Assembly: GCA_000934665.2 (NCBI GenBank) | Contig: KZ538180.1 | Location: 62,001 to 106,715 of the forward strand | Source of the DNA: Catajapyx aquilonaris | Lineage: Eukaryota | Direction of reading: 5' to 3' | Length of the DNA: 44,715 nt | Part shown: piece by piece, positions 24,501 through 37,760 of the stretch | Layout: every line of letters starts with the position of its first letter | How positions within the stretch are numbered: the stretch's first letter is position 1 | Translations under genes and position numbers: made by a program | Notes under the pieces: model-generated | Seen by the model: the letters and a program-made list of their open reading frames with translations, nothing else | Told to the model about the DNA's origin: nothing | Database searches by the model: none

Positions 24501-26581
24501 GTGTAAGTGGATACTATGGTGGTTTCAAAGACTAGCGTTTGGTTCAGAAAAGTGTCCAACTTTTTATGCTGCCGTGAGTGTATAGGGGTGAACATGGGTT
24601 AAGCCTGATAGAGAGAGAAATGAGCTTTAATATTTTCATAGTACGCACACTATCGGGGCATGAATAGCCGACAGTTTAAAATACAATGAATCCCGAACAT
24701 TGCCTCTTTGTTTCAGTCAGAAGTAGTTGTCCATGGATAATTCTTTGTCTGATCCTATGTAATTTTCATTTTAAATCTTCCTGGCCTATATATAGAAAGA
24801 AATATGGGTTTCAATATTTTTTATAGTACAGTACATCCACTCTTATGGAATGAATAAGCAACCGTTAAAAATACAACAAAACCCGTTTGTACTGTATCAT
24901 ATTTTCTGTTAAAACGTGTCTAAAATTGGTTGTGTTTTACAGACATGAATTGTATTTCTTTTGTACTGTACAGTGTACATCGACGATATTTTTGCATAAA
25001 TTTCATGTGTTGTACGCGCGGAGGGCTTCAACCTTCAAAGCGTTGCATAAAGTTGCAAAACATGACCGTCTGCAAGTAACGTAATTCTTGCAATTAATTT
25101 TAGCAGGAAACTCATTACAGCAGAGTGACCTACAGTGGAGCTTATAGGTCAACATTGGCGTGGTGAAATTTTTAGATAGGCAAACATAAAAATAACGGCT
25201 GGAGGCAACATGCTGGACAAACTACTATTTTTACCTGTTGCCGTAGCTGAGTTGGACCTATAGTTGATTTTTGCTCTGCCCACAAGCTTACCAGCGTTTT
25301 ATGAGCGGATTCGGTTTTTTTCCCTGGGTCAACAGCCGTGCATCAACTTCATTTCATTGGGGGGTTGGGGGGCACACTTTCTACAAAGAGGTCTGCTGCC
25401 AGTACCTATTCATTTTTACATGAAGCATAGGCTACAGTTGAAAGCCAGGCATGCCTTTTATACAATTTATTCGTACACAAATGTAAATAATTCAGCAGTA
25501 TTCATATTGCTGGGTTTTGTACAACAGGAACGTTGTAATTCCCTGTGTTTCTTTTGTATCAGAGTAACAGTGCAATGAACAGAATTCTATTTTTGTTTGT
25601 ATAATTTATAGCGGGATGAGTTCTAATTCTGAACTGGTTTTTTGGCCGCAACTTTTCAAAAAGGTCATGCATTCCCTCTGTAAAGAATTACAACATGCGC
25701 CTACTGCAACCCGCGGATGCAAATAGTTATTGCCTCATTAGTGTTTTCACTGACTTGCTTTAACGTAACACTACATTATAAAAACATTTATATACAATAA
25801 GCACAAGTTTCGCAGCAGGCTTCTATCAACGCAGCAGTGTTACGCAAATTAAGACAAAATAATAACAAGTAGTGGAGGCGTATATTTCAACAAAACATTT
25901 GCTAGCATACACGGCCATGTTAAATTTCCACACATTTGCGTATATACCCACCTGCTGGCCGTGTCAGTTTGATATTCAAATTTTGTCCGCGGGGCAACTT
26001 AATATTGACACTTGCTGCTGTGCAATTAGCAACCACTCTAACTGTATTCATACCCCACTAAAAATGGCCACGTGCCAGTGACAACACTCTTCAGGCCTTT
26101 TTACAGCCGCGAAAATGCCCTTGTAACTTTTTGAACAAGTGTACAAGCCCACCATAAATCAAGCCGAATCAAAAACACACCTTGTTATAATCGTAAAGTT
26201 CATGAATCAGCAGCACACATTCACCAACCTGCGCAGTATGTGCATGCCTACATGTTACATTTTTTGCACGCAAAAAGGAGGATACATAGAGCCATTTCAG
26301 TCGTCCTAGTCCTTTCATTTTAAACCTTGATGACACTAGCGAGCTCCAGCCATTCCGCCTTCAAATACACCCAGCAGGGACGACTCTCTACTCTGCTTTA
26401 GTGGTCCCTACATGCACTCACACACAAAAAATTTCAAAAATAAAAATTACAAAACCCGCGTGGTCACCCCACTTAGTCTGTTACCCCCATCAGGCGTGAC
26501 TTACGACAAAACCTTGCTCAAGTCCCCGGAGCCGCCAGACCTTTTTTCCGGCGTCATGGCCACTAGGGCAACCCAACCGTG

Positions 26582-26596
26582 GAGAGAGAGAGAGAG
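26582..26596. repeat. (GA)7 microsatellite
   Basis: Read directly. An interrupted GA tract also lies at about 28492-28512. Confidence 0.85.
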
Positions 26597-29224
26597 CGTC
26601 CCCCCAACCGATGGGTGCTGGGAATTGGGCGTCGGTGGCGTCGGTCGGTGGCGAAAAAAGGCAGCAAGGTTGCCTCCCCAACCCAACAACCAACAACATT
26701 GTTCCAACGCCTCACCTACATGAATTTGTCATCCGGAAATCTCCATCGAAATCCGCTCGTATCAGTCCGACATGTAAACTGCATCGAGGCGGCGCAGGCG
26801 ATGCGAATCGAGTGCTGCTGGGCCCCCCCAGCCTTTGCAAAAGGGCTCTGGGGACTACCAGCCCCCTGGAAAACCCATCACATCACATCCTGGCTGCCAA
26901 CATGGCAGAGGGAGAAGATGGAGCTAGAACCTGGTTCCTAGGATTATTCCCAGACTTTTACGCTACAGTATAGTCGATTATGGCTCGTGCACTATCCCCA
27001 GAAGAGTCCGGACTAAAAAAAAAGGACGGTGCAGTGTATACAATAGTGTCACCTGGGATAGCTCGACGCGGATTACCTGCGCTAATCAAGACATCCGACA
27101 CCCGAGGAGGGGATGTGATGACAAAATCTGGGATAAACGGAGCACTAAATATCGATCAAGAGAAAGGAGGAGGGTGTATGACACGCGGATAAAATGAGAG
27201 GCTAATGCATGTTGGATAATGAGAAGTTGCTTGAGGGTGTACGGTGTACTCAGGAGACATACTTGCGAAAAATGGGTGGAGTAAACCTGAGGGAACACAT
27301 GCCACAAAATGAAGCCATCAGTACTCTGTTTTTTTTAATCATCGGTAGAGTGATGACGGCTGTGTAGTGTCAGGTCACGTCTGGTCAAATCTTTTTAATG
27401 TAGAACAGTACAGCACACTGTATGCTCAAAGAGAAACAGTCAGCATGTGTCAAAACAAGACGTGAAATTACCGCAGTGCGTACATTGTTTATTCTACCAC
27501 AAAAACTAATAACTGCAAACAATGTTTCAGTTTGAGCGCATTTTTGTTGTTTGTTTGTTGAATAGTGTGCACTAAGGCGGAATGAGCTATAGGCACACCT
27601 TGAGGGAAAAACAACCTCATCCTTCTTCCAAAAAAACAAGGCCACACCTTTAGAAAATACGAACTTAAAAAATCCGTCACTCGTTCGGGCGGAAACATAT
27701 TTCCCTGCACTTCTCTTTCCCGGTGTTGGTTTATAGTCTAGCGCAATCATAAAACCCTCGTTATATCCCCAGCACAATGCGTCAACTCCTAAAATTTCAT
27801 GTATTTTTTTTTCTCTCCTCCCCACAGGTAGAGACTGTCACCAGTATCGAGGTTTGTAACATGGGTTGGCGGATAAATCCCAATCCTTTGCCATGACAAG
27901 CGGTCGGGTCTGCTCCGAATAATAATGCTCCAGCACTGTTTCTCCAAAAGATGTTTCATACGACCAACCCCCCACCACTCTCTCCTTATTCTTTGACGTT
28001 ATCTGCACTCGGTCGAGTGCTTGAAGGATGGTTGGCGCTTCGTGGAGACGCGGCACGAAATTAAACCCAAGCTCGAGGAATCGCGAATCGACCAACTCCG
28101 ACGTTTTCGCAAAACTACACCCCCCTCCCCCCCTCTCCCAAACCTGCTGCTTGCAAACTCCCAAAACTCGGGGATACAGCTGTGAAATGTAAACAAATTA
28201 ATACCCGCGAAATCCGGCCACGAGCACCACACGAGAGATCCGCGATTATGGGCAAAGTTTACCGACTCTGTTTACTAAATATTGCAACCATGGGGGGGGG
28301 GGGGTACTGGCATCAACATGGGCTGTAATATTTTGGCGCGGGTTCAATTCATCAGGGACAATAATATTTGAAAATTGGGGGGTGCGGGGGACCCATTATT
28401 GCAGATATTTTTGGGGGTGTTCGGGTCTTGAACGAGCTCGTATCCAGATGGTGCGTAAATATTGCCATTGCAGGCAAATAAAGCATTTTTGCAGAGAGAG
28501 GGAGAGAGAGAGCCTCGGTTGTCAAGAGCTGGGATTCAATTTGGCACTTTCCAGTTTGATGGTTTACAGAGCGGACGTAAAATGTGGGGCCCTGCGGAAA
28601 CAATATGCATAAAATGCTCATTTATATCTTTAAAATCCATTCTTCCAATCGGCCTAAAAGCGCCGACACACATACAGACACACATATCCGCCGAGGATTA
28701 TTCCGCAGTAAATGACTGCTTTTTGGGACCGACCTGGCCTGCAATGAAATTTCCAACTCAATCAATGGCCAAAATACCAGTTTTCAGCATTGCCGGAGCC
28801 CCCACTTTTCATTAGGATTTACTGTGGCACACTTTCTGGCATCACCTCCAGCGTCATAAATCGATTGAACGTTTTCCCTCACCCTCCCTACCAAAAAATG
28901 CAAAGTACCACCCCCAAAAATTACAATAACTCGGGCCGGAATATATTTTAAAAAGTTTGAGCCAGAAAGTTGATGTAATGTATGCGCATAGTACAGGAAA
29001 ACTCTCGGTTGCCCCCGACGCACAATCTATGCATCAACATGATCCGCTCGATAACTGAAATGCTGCCAACATCCCCACATATACATAGCATTTCCGTTTC
29101 TTCGACGACGAATAGTCTGTGTGTGTAGATATATAAACCAAGGCTTAATTACACGCCGTATTGCATGCGCCATCAATAATTTTTTTAATGCAAAGTGGGC
29201 AATATGAGTCGCCGAACCGGAACG

Positions 29225-29393
29225 TGATGGATAACCATTGTTCATTTTGCAAAGAGCATGGGGCTGGAGGTAACCACTGATGGCGGTTGACTCCATTAAT
29301 CATATATAAAATTGGACAATAAAAGGATTAATTCCGGAACAGGTCAAGGTTATCAATATCGCATCCGAATTATCCGGCGATGCCCATCAATCA
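29225..29393. promoter_or_regulatory. Cluster of Pbx/Exd-Hox type TGATNNAT sites with a Sox-like site
   Basis: TGATGGAT (29225-29232, +), CATTGT (29236-29241), TGATTAATGG (29293-29302, -), AGGTCAAGGTTA (29341-29352) and TGATTGATGG (29384-29393, -). Confidence 0.4.
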
Positions 29394-29820
29394 AGTCGTC
29401 CGATGATTCTTTAATGATGCCCACATACACGACTGTGAATAACGAGTTGGGGTCGCTTCCACACGAACACGTACTGAAAATTGGACAATTGAGAACACTG
29501 CTTGTGGCATGCTGGCCATTTAAAAAAAAAGCACAACAGAGTGGGAGCTCACCTCCTGTGCACCTGATCACGGCCACAACAAGAGTCACTCTAAAAAGCA
29601 GCCAGAGCCGCCGGCCGTCAGCACTCAGGCCCATGGTCCAGGGGCTACCATCCTCCAGAGGAAAATGGGGCTGCTGACCTGCCACCAGGCGAAATCGCAC
29701 GAAAAAAACGGTCGAGGACAAACAACAGCACCAGTCACATGTGGGCCACCATGCCCCTCTCTGCACGAGAATTAATATTCTATTTATCACTAGCACCGAC
29801 AGTAAGATCGGGAGGAAGGG

Positions 29821-29852
29821 AGGTCACAGGTCACATCCGAGGTCACAGGTCA
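29821..29852 (+). promoter_or_regulatory. Tandem pair of perfect DR1 nuclear-receptor-type elements
   Basis: AGGTCA-c-AGGTCA-catccg-AGGTCA-c-AGGTCA gives four exact half-sites in 32 bp. Confidence 0.5.
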
Positions 29853-31459
29853 TGAGACGCAGCAGCATCCCGGTCCACTCGTCTGTGACCAACGCTCTTT
29901 TTGGTGTGCGGGAAAATTCTGGGGCCTCGAAAACCCAGAGCCCAGCAGACCCCCTCTCTCCCTCCCTTCGACGTCGGTCCGGCTCTCCGACGCCCACGAC
30001 GCCGACGCCTAGCTGCGATGCCTTGCCACACACAAGACCTCACGACTGCGCCACAGGCTCCCCTGCGCAACATTGCCCTCCTTCGGAAACATTAGCTAAA
30101 ACACCACCCTTTTTTTTGTACAAGCACATATCCTGCCATATTTTCCATTTCAACGTTAACAAACATTAATTTGCGCCAGTGACAAATCTGCCCCCCCTTT
30201 TAATAAGCCTATCATTCGATTTGCCTCGTTTTTAACGCCGATATCCCAAAACCCAGTGCAAAATTATCGATCACACAATGCTCTGTGCATGCAAGTCTGT
30301 CCAGACCAATTGTTATTCCAATTTGTCTGCGTTCAGTAGCTCTGCAGCCAAATTAATCTTTAAAATCTAATCCACCCAACGAATCAGAAAATAAAAATTC
30401 AATTTGTTCAAAAAAGAGGCGTTAAAATCTAATCCAGATCCATGAGAGAATAAAGCAGTTGAATTTTGCAAAACTCCGTAGAAATGTACCGGGTGTCTCA
30501 TAGTGCTTTGAGCCACCTTGTATACTGACACAACGATATAGGTCGAGCCAAACTTGCAAGCACCAACCAAACAGAACCGACGAGGCATGGATGTGGGCAG
30601 CATCAATACCCAGCAACTCCATTCTCTCTGTATACCCAGCACTGCGTTTTAAAGGGGCGGAGCACAACCGACTATAACTTGGGCTAAAGGAAGGCAAGTC
30701 TCTTCCTCTCCAAACTACGTGCCTGACAAGGGTGTCACTAATCCCGCCAAAGTTGGCCAATTTCTGGAGCGAAACACACTTTAACTCGCAAGGTCTTTCC
30801 CCCTCCTTGCTCCGGAGCTTTAATCCAGAAACACAAGAAAGGTAATGGGGAGAAAATTGGGGAGGGGGGGGGGCCTCCTTGCCTTGCCCCCTCCTCCCTC
30901 CTCCTCCTAAGAAAAGATCTCTGTGGTAATGACTTGACAAACAGCCCGCTTTCCACGGAAGAGCAAACAAAGGAGAAAGGCATCCATCCCTCAGGGGAGA
31001 GAAAGAGGAAAGGGATATTGCAGCAGCCCCTGGGTGGTTGCAAAGGTTGCCTTTCGGACCAACCAATTTTTTGGGGGGTCCAACTTTGACACGGATTAAG
31101 CCATCGCGCGGTTGGACGTCCCGAACACTCTTTTTTCTATCAGGACGAGATCCTAAGGGATGGATTATCAGGACGTGTTACATGCTTGTCGTCTAATTAA
31201 TATGTTCTCGACGGGATTTGCATTTGGAAAATTTTCGCTACGATGTGGGACATGCTGAAAGCGCTATATGTGTTATTAATAATTTGGGAGTTTTTTTTCT
31301 GCGTGGAAAGGTGGTTAAAAATGCATGGATGCTACTGTGGTGTCATGAAGTTAGAGCGTACAAGGCGTGTCTCTTGCGAATATTGTTAACGTTAATATGG
31401 CTGGGTTTTACTAGGGGCTCGCTGAATTCGGAATTAATTCATGATGCGCGAACGGAAGT

Positions 31460-31521
31460 TGGTGGAAGTGAATGGAATTGAAATCGGAGAGTGGTGGAAG
31501 ATGAATGGAATTAAAATGGAG
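31460..31521 (+). repeat. Two-copy tandem repeat, 32 bp period
   Basis: TGGTGGAAGTGAATGGAATTGAAATCGGAG (31460-31489) and TGGTGGAAGATGAATGGAATTAAAATGGAG (31492-31521). Confidence 0.85.
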
Positions 31522-34500
31522 TGGGTATAGGTCATGTAATGTAACTAATTTACCCTGCAGTGGTTTGTTACTATAATTAGGCCCAAATTAAAATATGACG
31601 CCATTTCAATACTTAACAATAGTTGTATAACACATTTATCCGCCATTATGAGTGCAGTCCTTTGACCAGCACATTGTAATTATTTTACAGGCAGAAACAC
31701 GTAGGCCTGAATACGTACAGTACATTAAAATTATAATATTATAATATGCAACTCAAATCTTTTGCACACAATTCTCTGAGTCTAGGATGAATGCTTCTAC
31801 AGTATGTTAAAGGAGGAACAACCTGATTAATTGAAGTATCTGATAAAATTGGTCAGTTAAAATCCTCACAAGCTATTGTCAAGTTACATATGGTACGCTG
31901 CAATACGGATCAATAAGGGTTATCCGATGCTACAGTTCAGCTGTTGATAACTATCACAAATTGATGTACTCGATACGCCAAGCGGTATTTATGGCATAGA
32001 GAAACCATTTTGTGTGCTGACCTGCTAACATTGACTTAAACAATGAAAGGTAATTGTTCCTGATGAGAGTCAAGGACAGTTGTTTTGCGCCATCACGTTC
32101 TACTGCAGCATTATGCAATTGCGAACATACACATGCATACTGTAATGTACACAGTGCAGTCTTTATGAAGCCGGATATTCACTGAGCTGATATTTTGTGT
32201 CCATCTCTGCTGTACAAACACTCATATACAGTCAATGTCGAATACCGATATTAGACACACTGTAAAGGGCAGGTAAGTTTTACTCTCATATGCATTCGCA
32301 ACCGGATACAGCCCGATATCGGTTTCTGTTTTTTAAAATTATGCAACAAAAATTTAGCTAAAACATTGAGAGTTTCATTCCCTCTGCGAACCATAATGTG
32401 GAAGGTCTTATACGCGCACAGATAAGGCTTGCATAATGACACACATCGAAATGAATCAAGTCCCATAAACTTTCAGCAATTATGCAGAATCGCTAAGTGG
32501 TCCTTAACGTTAACAAGAACACACGCTCATTCATATTCATTGCTTTTGCATACTAACTTATAGTGCTTGGGAAACTTCGTATATTATAGTGTGTGGTCAC
32601 CGCCAGACAATATTTTCCGCTCCCGCCTCCGACTGCTGGTCCACTTACTATATCCACCACCGAGTTAGTGAATAATCAAACAAGTTATCAGTACTGTCCT
32701 CGAAAATGCTTCGCTCGTCGTCGTCCCTGGGATTCCAACACTAATGAACCTCTTTTACAATCATCACATCTTGGAGTAGTGTGCTCGGGCCCACCATTCT
32801 CGGAGCCTGGTTAAAATCACAAGCCTCTCCCGCACGGACTATGACCGTTTGCATTACGCTGCCTACAAACCGGTAATTAATTTATGAAATCTCTTATGGA
32901 AGAACAACACTCTTTCGGACAAAATAATGAGGCCAGCTCGCCGCTTGGAAGTGGACTCCTGAGGCGAAGCAATGCTGCCCATAGCTCATTTCATGCTCGG
33001 CCTACATGATCCACACATTGTGACCCACTGGATTTCCCAAGAGAAAGTTGCTTAGAAGCTCAGCTTTAGTAGCGGGGGTCCTTTAAATGATGCCCTGACA
33101 GTCTCCAAGCTGGCCAGTTGGAATCGCCCCCCTTTTATCTTGGCAATACCGAAAGCTGACATTCCAAAATGCACCTTTTTCGCTCCGGTTTTTGGAGCTA
33201 GATTGACATTCCAATTACCGCTCAAAAATCTGAATTTCCACCCGTTCCAGTGTTGCCTCTCAATTGGTATGAAAGAGTCTGTCCAAATAAAATTCGGCAA
33301 TAAAACGTGACTTGGCGTCAGAATTGGGAGCATTGTCGGTTGTCATAACTCGCACAGGGTGAGTCAGAAATCCAGGTAGTTGATGTCTCGACATTTTCTA
33401 TACTCTTCATCGCATCATTGCCACCAAATTCAAGGGACCGTTGGCCGAAAAGTAGGGCCCCCGATCGATTGAGTGGGTGCTTCACACGCCTGGGTTTTTG
33501 AAATATTTCTTATCACTTGTGTCGTGTTTGAGCAAATGTAAAATCCTCATTAACATTCGTAGACAAGGATGGGTGTAAATATCGACTCTCTCCTCACGAT
33601 AAAAGTGTTGGGCCGATGGACTATTTTGGGGGGACTCCGATGCCGTGACTTGTCCATGTTTCTATACCAACAAGGATGTTCGTCCAGCCACGAAGCCCCG
33701 AGGGGGAAAAAGCCTTCGCATGCATTTGCAAAAGCAGCACACCAGCGCCATAAAAGAGCTCCGAAATAGTTCCTGTCCGCCCTCGCACAATGGGCTACGA
33801 GGTAAAAAAGGAAGGGCTGATTTTCTACTTGGCGCGAATTTATAAGGTTGAGTGCCAAAAGGTGACATCTGATGGATGAGAAGCACTAACTGTGGCCGGT
33901 AAAGATGCGGAATAATGTTATCGCCAAATCTGGAGATGGAATGCGGAACGTCATGCAATACGTCGAATAAAAAAGTCGCTCACATACACGTCGTATATCA
34001 TTATGATAGCATGCTTTTTTCATATGCGGCTTGATGGGTAGTTCAGCCTTGTGTGACTGCATTATGCCTCTAAAAGGGTTCAACTTTTATCGCCATACAA
34101 ACTCATGCCAATACTGGATTTTTGCTTCCAAAAACACTGAACAAGTCGCAGTTTTTTTTGCACTATTTCGACGCCGCCTCTCCCAACACAAATGGTTGCA
34201 GTCGAAGCTCTAACCGACCCATTACATTGGCGTAAATCCGCAATCGCATTAGTGTGCTGGCGGAATTTTTTGTTTAAAGTACCTCTCAGGTCCAAAACGG
34301 CAGCTTAATTGAGGTCTGTAAATCACAGCGAGATCTACGCTTCCAGACTAGAGTCAAATTCGTTCTAGGGGGGGCCCTAATAAGCACCATAAATCATCAA
34401 TACTTGGAGGGCCTAGCAAAAAACAACCTGGATTTTCCTTTTCCGCAATATTTGCCACCTACCTTCGACTCTGACTGGCCGATCACGCTCCATCTGTGGG

Positions 34501-37500
34501 AAAAAAACGTGCACAAAATCAATAAGTGCGAGCCAGCACACAACTTATCGCCTATGCCACACTACATTTTCAATCTCTAGGAACGCCTAGAAAAAAAGAG
34601 AGAGAAGCACATGCTTGAAATTCCTCCCAGTCTGTTCAACCAAGAGAAAAAGCTTGGGAGGAGGACGAAAAAAAAAATTGTTACTTGTATAGTGAAGGAA
34701 GTCTCGACAGCAGAAAAGTAGGGCAATGGATCCGAATGCCAGGCATCAAATGTGGTGGTGCCCTTTTCCCCTTTTGGCGACCAGCGAAGCATTCCAGGCG
34801 AGAGACTAGCTATGCAAATCCGACACCATTTCAGGACGGCAACCTTTTCCAGAGATTATGCTTCAGAAGCATGGCCGACCTCTTTTTTTTATATCATCGG
34901 GTATCAAAATAATGTCCTCATAAGAGGGTGGCCCATGCTACGTTTAATATTGAAAAGAAAAACGAGATGGTTTTAGGGCAAGGCTGTTTGCAAAAATCTG
35001 AAGCTGTCAGGAGCAGACGCATTAATTTTTAAAACCCAAAGAGCGCCTCCAGGTGTTGGAAAAAGTTGCCACTTTTTTCCGTAAACATTCTCTTATCGCA
35101 TCTACAAGTTCATTTGTTCTGAAATGCGGCGCTTTCAAACTTTTAACTCCTCCCATCCTATTTTTTGTGCCAGAGTCACCTGCAGAGATAAAAGAACAGA
35201 AACCCTCCGAGGATTTACAGACGAGGAAAAACAGATCCACGACCTAGTACAAAAGGTTGTGCTAAGAGTAACGTTAGCAAGTTTTATTTAAAGTAAGAGG
35301 AACACCTGTTGGTCCGCTTTGAAGATAAAGTTGTGCAGGTTCATGTAACTATTGTCAACACTGTTTAGAGTCAGTTCAACGAACACACCTATACACGTAT
35401 ATGACAACATTTGGGATGTTATGAAATTTGCAAAAAAAAACTCTCTCATGAAGCAACGTATTTAAATTAGAGTTTAGAAAGCGAAATATGATTAAACAGG
35501 GGACAAAGTGTGGTGTATACTGTAAGGAGGATGGAGGTCAATGCCGCGTTTTACATCGTTGTGTTGGTGTGATATCCGAGAGTTAGTGTCCCTTTTGTGG
35601 CCTGAGGTTGGAGTCAAAATCTGGAGAATCAACGTTACATAATTTACGGTCGGAGGGCCCTCCCTGGAGTACCGCATCGATAACAGCGACGTGTACATAA
35701 AGTGAGCAGGGCGCACACTTCCACCTGACTTTGCAATCGCCCGTAAGAGTTGCGATTATGGCATCAGCAGTTACGCGGAAGGGTTAAGTGTCCTATCAAG
35801 CATCTGTGCCAGGTCTCCCCAGCGGCCTGTTTCCTGGGGGGAGCTAAGAACTGAGGAAGAAGAAAGAAGAGAAAAAAAAGATAGAGCCAGAGATCCAGGA
35901 AGCTGCGCCGATGGCACAAGAAAAAGGTTATTACTTGGCACTAGGGTACTCCATCAAGGAAGAGGGCAGGAGGGTGACCGGAACACAGATGCTTTGGCTC
36001 TGCTCCGTTCCCCCTTTTTTTCCAATTTCCTGTTCCGGTAGAATGCGCTTTTGATGATGTCCAAACTGTGATTACCAGATCCATTTTCCCCCCTCGAATT
36101 CAAGAATTTTGTTACATCAGCTGGCCATACTATATGGAGTGATTCGTAATAATACCAAGTTCTATAGGATAAACTCTGGGTAACAAAGGATACAACACTT
36201 CCTCTGTTCCAGTGCCTGTTATACTTAATGAGTTTTAGCCCAAATATGTCTGAATTATTTTTGTTAATTAAAAAAAATACTTTCAATGAGCAAATGTAGA
36301 ACTAACATAATGATAAAAATCTAACTGTACAGGAAGTGTCTTATAATTATACGTATAGAACGTTGGCATATCTGTGTTAAATATAATTTATTGTAAGCAA
36401 ACATTTTGTGCTTGAAGCCCACCTTTTGTCAGATGCGAATACAAAATATGATATACAGTATCGCACTTAAGTGTGGTTTGAGTTTGGCCGAAAATGTTTG
36501 TCGGGAATTATCAGGAAACATGTATCAGCCATAAAACGCGGTGGCAGCAGCAACCGGTCTTTCTCCCAAAACCTCGATTGCTCAATGTCCCTTGATCCCT
36601 GGGAGAGATCGGGTGGGAAATGGGGCTATGCGATTATAAGCGGACCACAACTTCTTTGCGTATCAGGCCCCAAAATTTCTCGCTCTAAAAGTCAAGCGAT
36701 TACGTTCGCTCCGTTAGCAAAATTGCCTCCGCCCGTACATCAGTATTTTTGTTCTACAAAGAGCAATTTCTCTCCTCTCAGGAACGGAAGGCTACTCCCT
36801 CGGTAATTGGAACCGGCTGGAATTTTTTGTGCCCAAAAGCTCATCTCCATGTGGAGCCAATTCAAATGTTTTTAGCCTACAAAATGCATCAGTGCCTTTA
36901 AAAAAGGGAAATACAATGCAACTGTCATACTTTTTGAGATCAAATGACATACTCGTTCAGTATGGAAAACTATACAAATAATATGACTGAAAAATCTGTA
37001 CAGGGTGAGTGGTGTATAATATAGACAACGTGACTATAAAGCAGATTTAATGTTCATGCATGATCCAGCAAGAGTATATATAATTACATTGTACTTTCTC
37101 TCTTGGGATATGTTTTGCAAGTATAATCAGCACAAAAGTTATTACTTGAACAGGTTATTATTATTTTTGTAGATATCATCTGAGTCTATAAATGAACATT
37201 TTTAAACGTGTTATGATCCTTCTAAATTTCCGAGAAATTTAAGTGTAGTCCTCTAGTAAATGATAGCTCTTTCAAAATTCAAAGGACAGCCCAAGAGCCC
37301 ACAAAAAAGCTGAATTATTAAAATTTGATGCGAGGATAATATTATGCTTGGTCAGGTGAGGCACTTGGAAGGTCATCAGTTCCGGTCCGCATAATAATCC
37401 TAAGAGGTCGATGAGCAACTTTGGGCTCCATCCCCTCCCATTTAAGCACCGTTGTTCCCTTCCTTCCTTCTAATCAACCATAAAATCCAGTAATCGAATC

Positions 37501-37744
37501 CTGGAGGATTCTGAGCCCCCCTCCCCCTCCGATCGATTTGGTACGGGGGGTAAAGGGGGGGGGGGTGAAATAGGGCGAGAGAACTATCCCCCCACAGTTC
37601 TTCCCCTTTAGCCCTTGCCCTTCTTTCCGAGATTAATTAGACTTCAGATCCAACTCCTCCGAGTTCCTTGGGTAGAAAACGCGTGATTGGCCCCGAAGAA
37701 GGCCAATATAATTGCCCAACCATCCTGTGACCATTACATATATA

Positions 37745-37760
37745 CTCTCTCTCTCTCTCT
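37745..37760. repeat. (CT)8 microsatellite
   Basis: Read directly from the sequence. Confidence 0.9.

Noticed and set aside
24519..24560. TGGTTTCAA and TGGTTCAG resembling homeobox helix 3 (WFQN)
   Set aside because: They read WFQRL and WFR. I found no WFxNRR on either strand, so no homeobox exon is supported.
20035..26106. Exact 13-mer GGCCTTTTTACAG at 20035 and 26094, superficially like a histone stem-loop
   Set aside because: Several 13-mer coincidences are expected in 45 kb, the stem does not close properly and no histone gene is present.
30422..31066. Longest ORF (214 aa, minus strand)
   Set aside because: Non-ATG start, Gly/Pro/Arg runs derived from G/C homopolymers, no recognisable domain, and overlapping ORFs in other frames.
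35042..35056. CTCF-like motif (minus strand ACACCTGGAGGCGCT), also one at about 17813
   Set aside because: Only partial matches to the consensus, not supportable without a matrix scan or ChIP data.
35933..35955. TTGGCACTAG resembling the miR-96/263 seed; other conserved miRNAs (miR-10, miR-100, iab-4, let-7) also checked by eye
   Set aside because: Only seed-length matches, with no full mature sequence or precursor hairpin seen. A miRBase or Rfam scan would be decisive.
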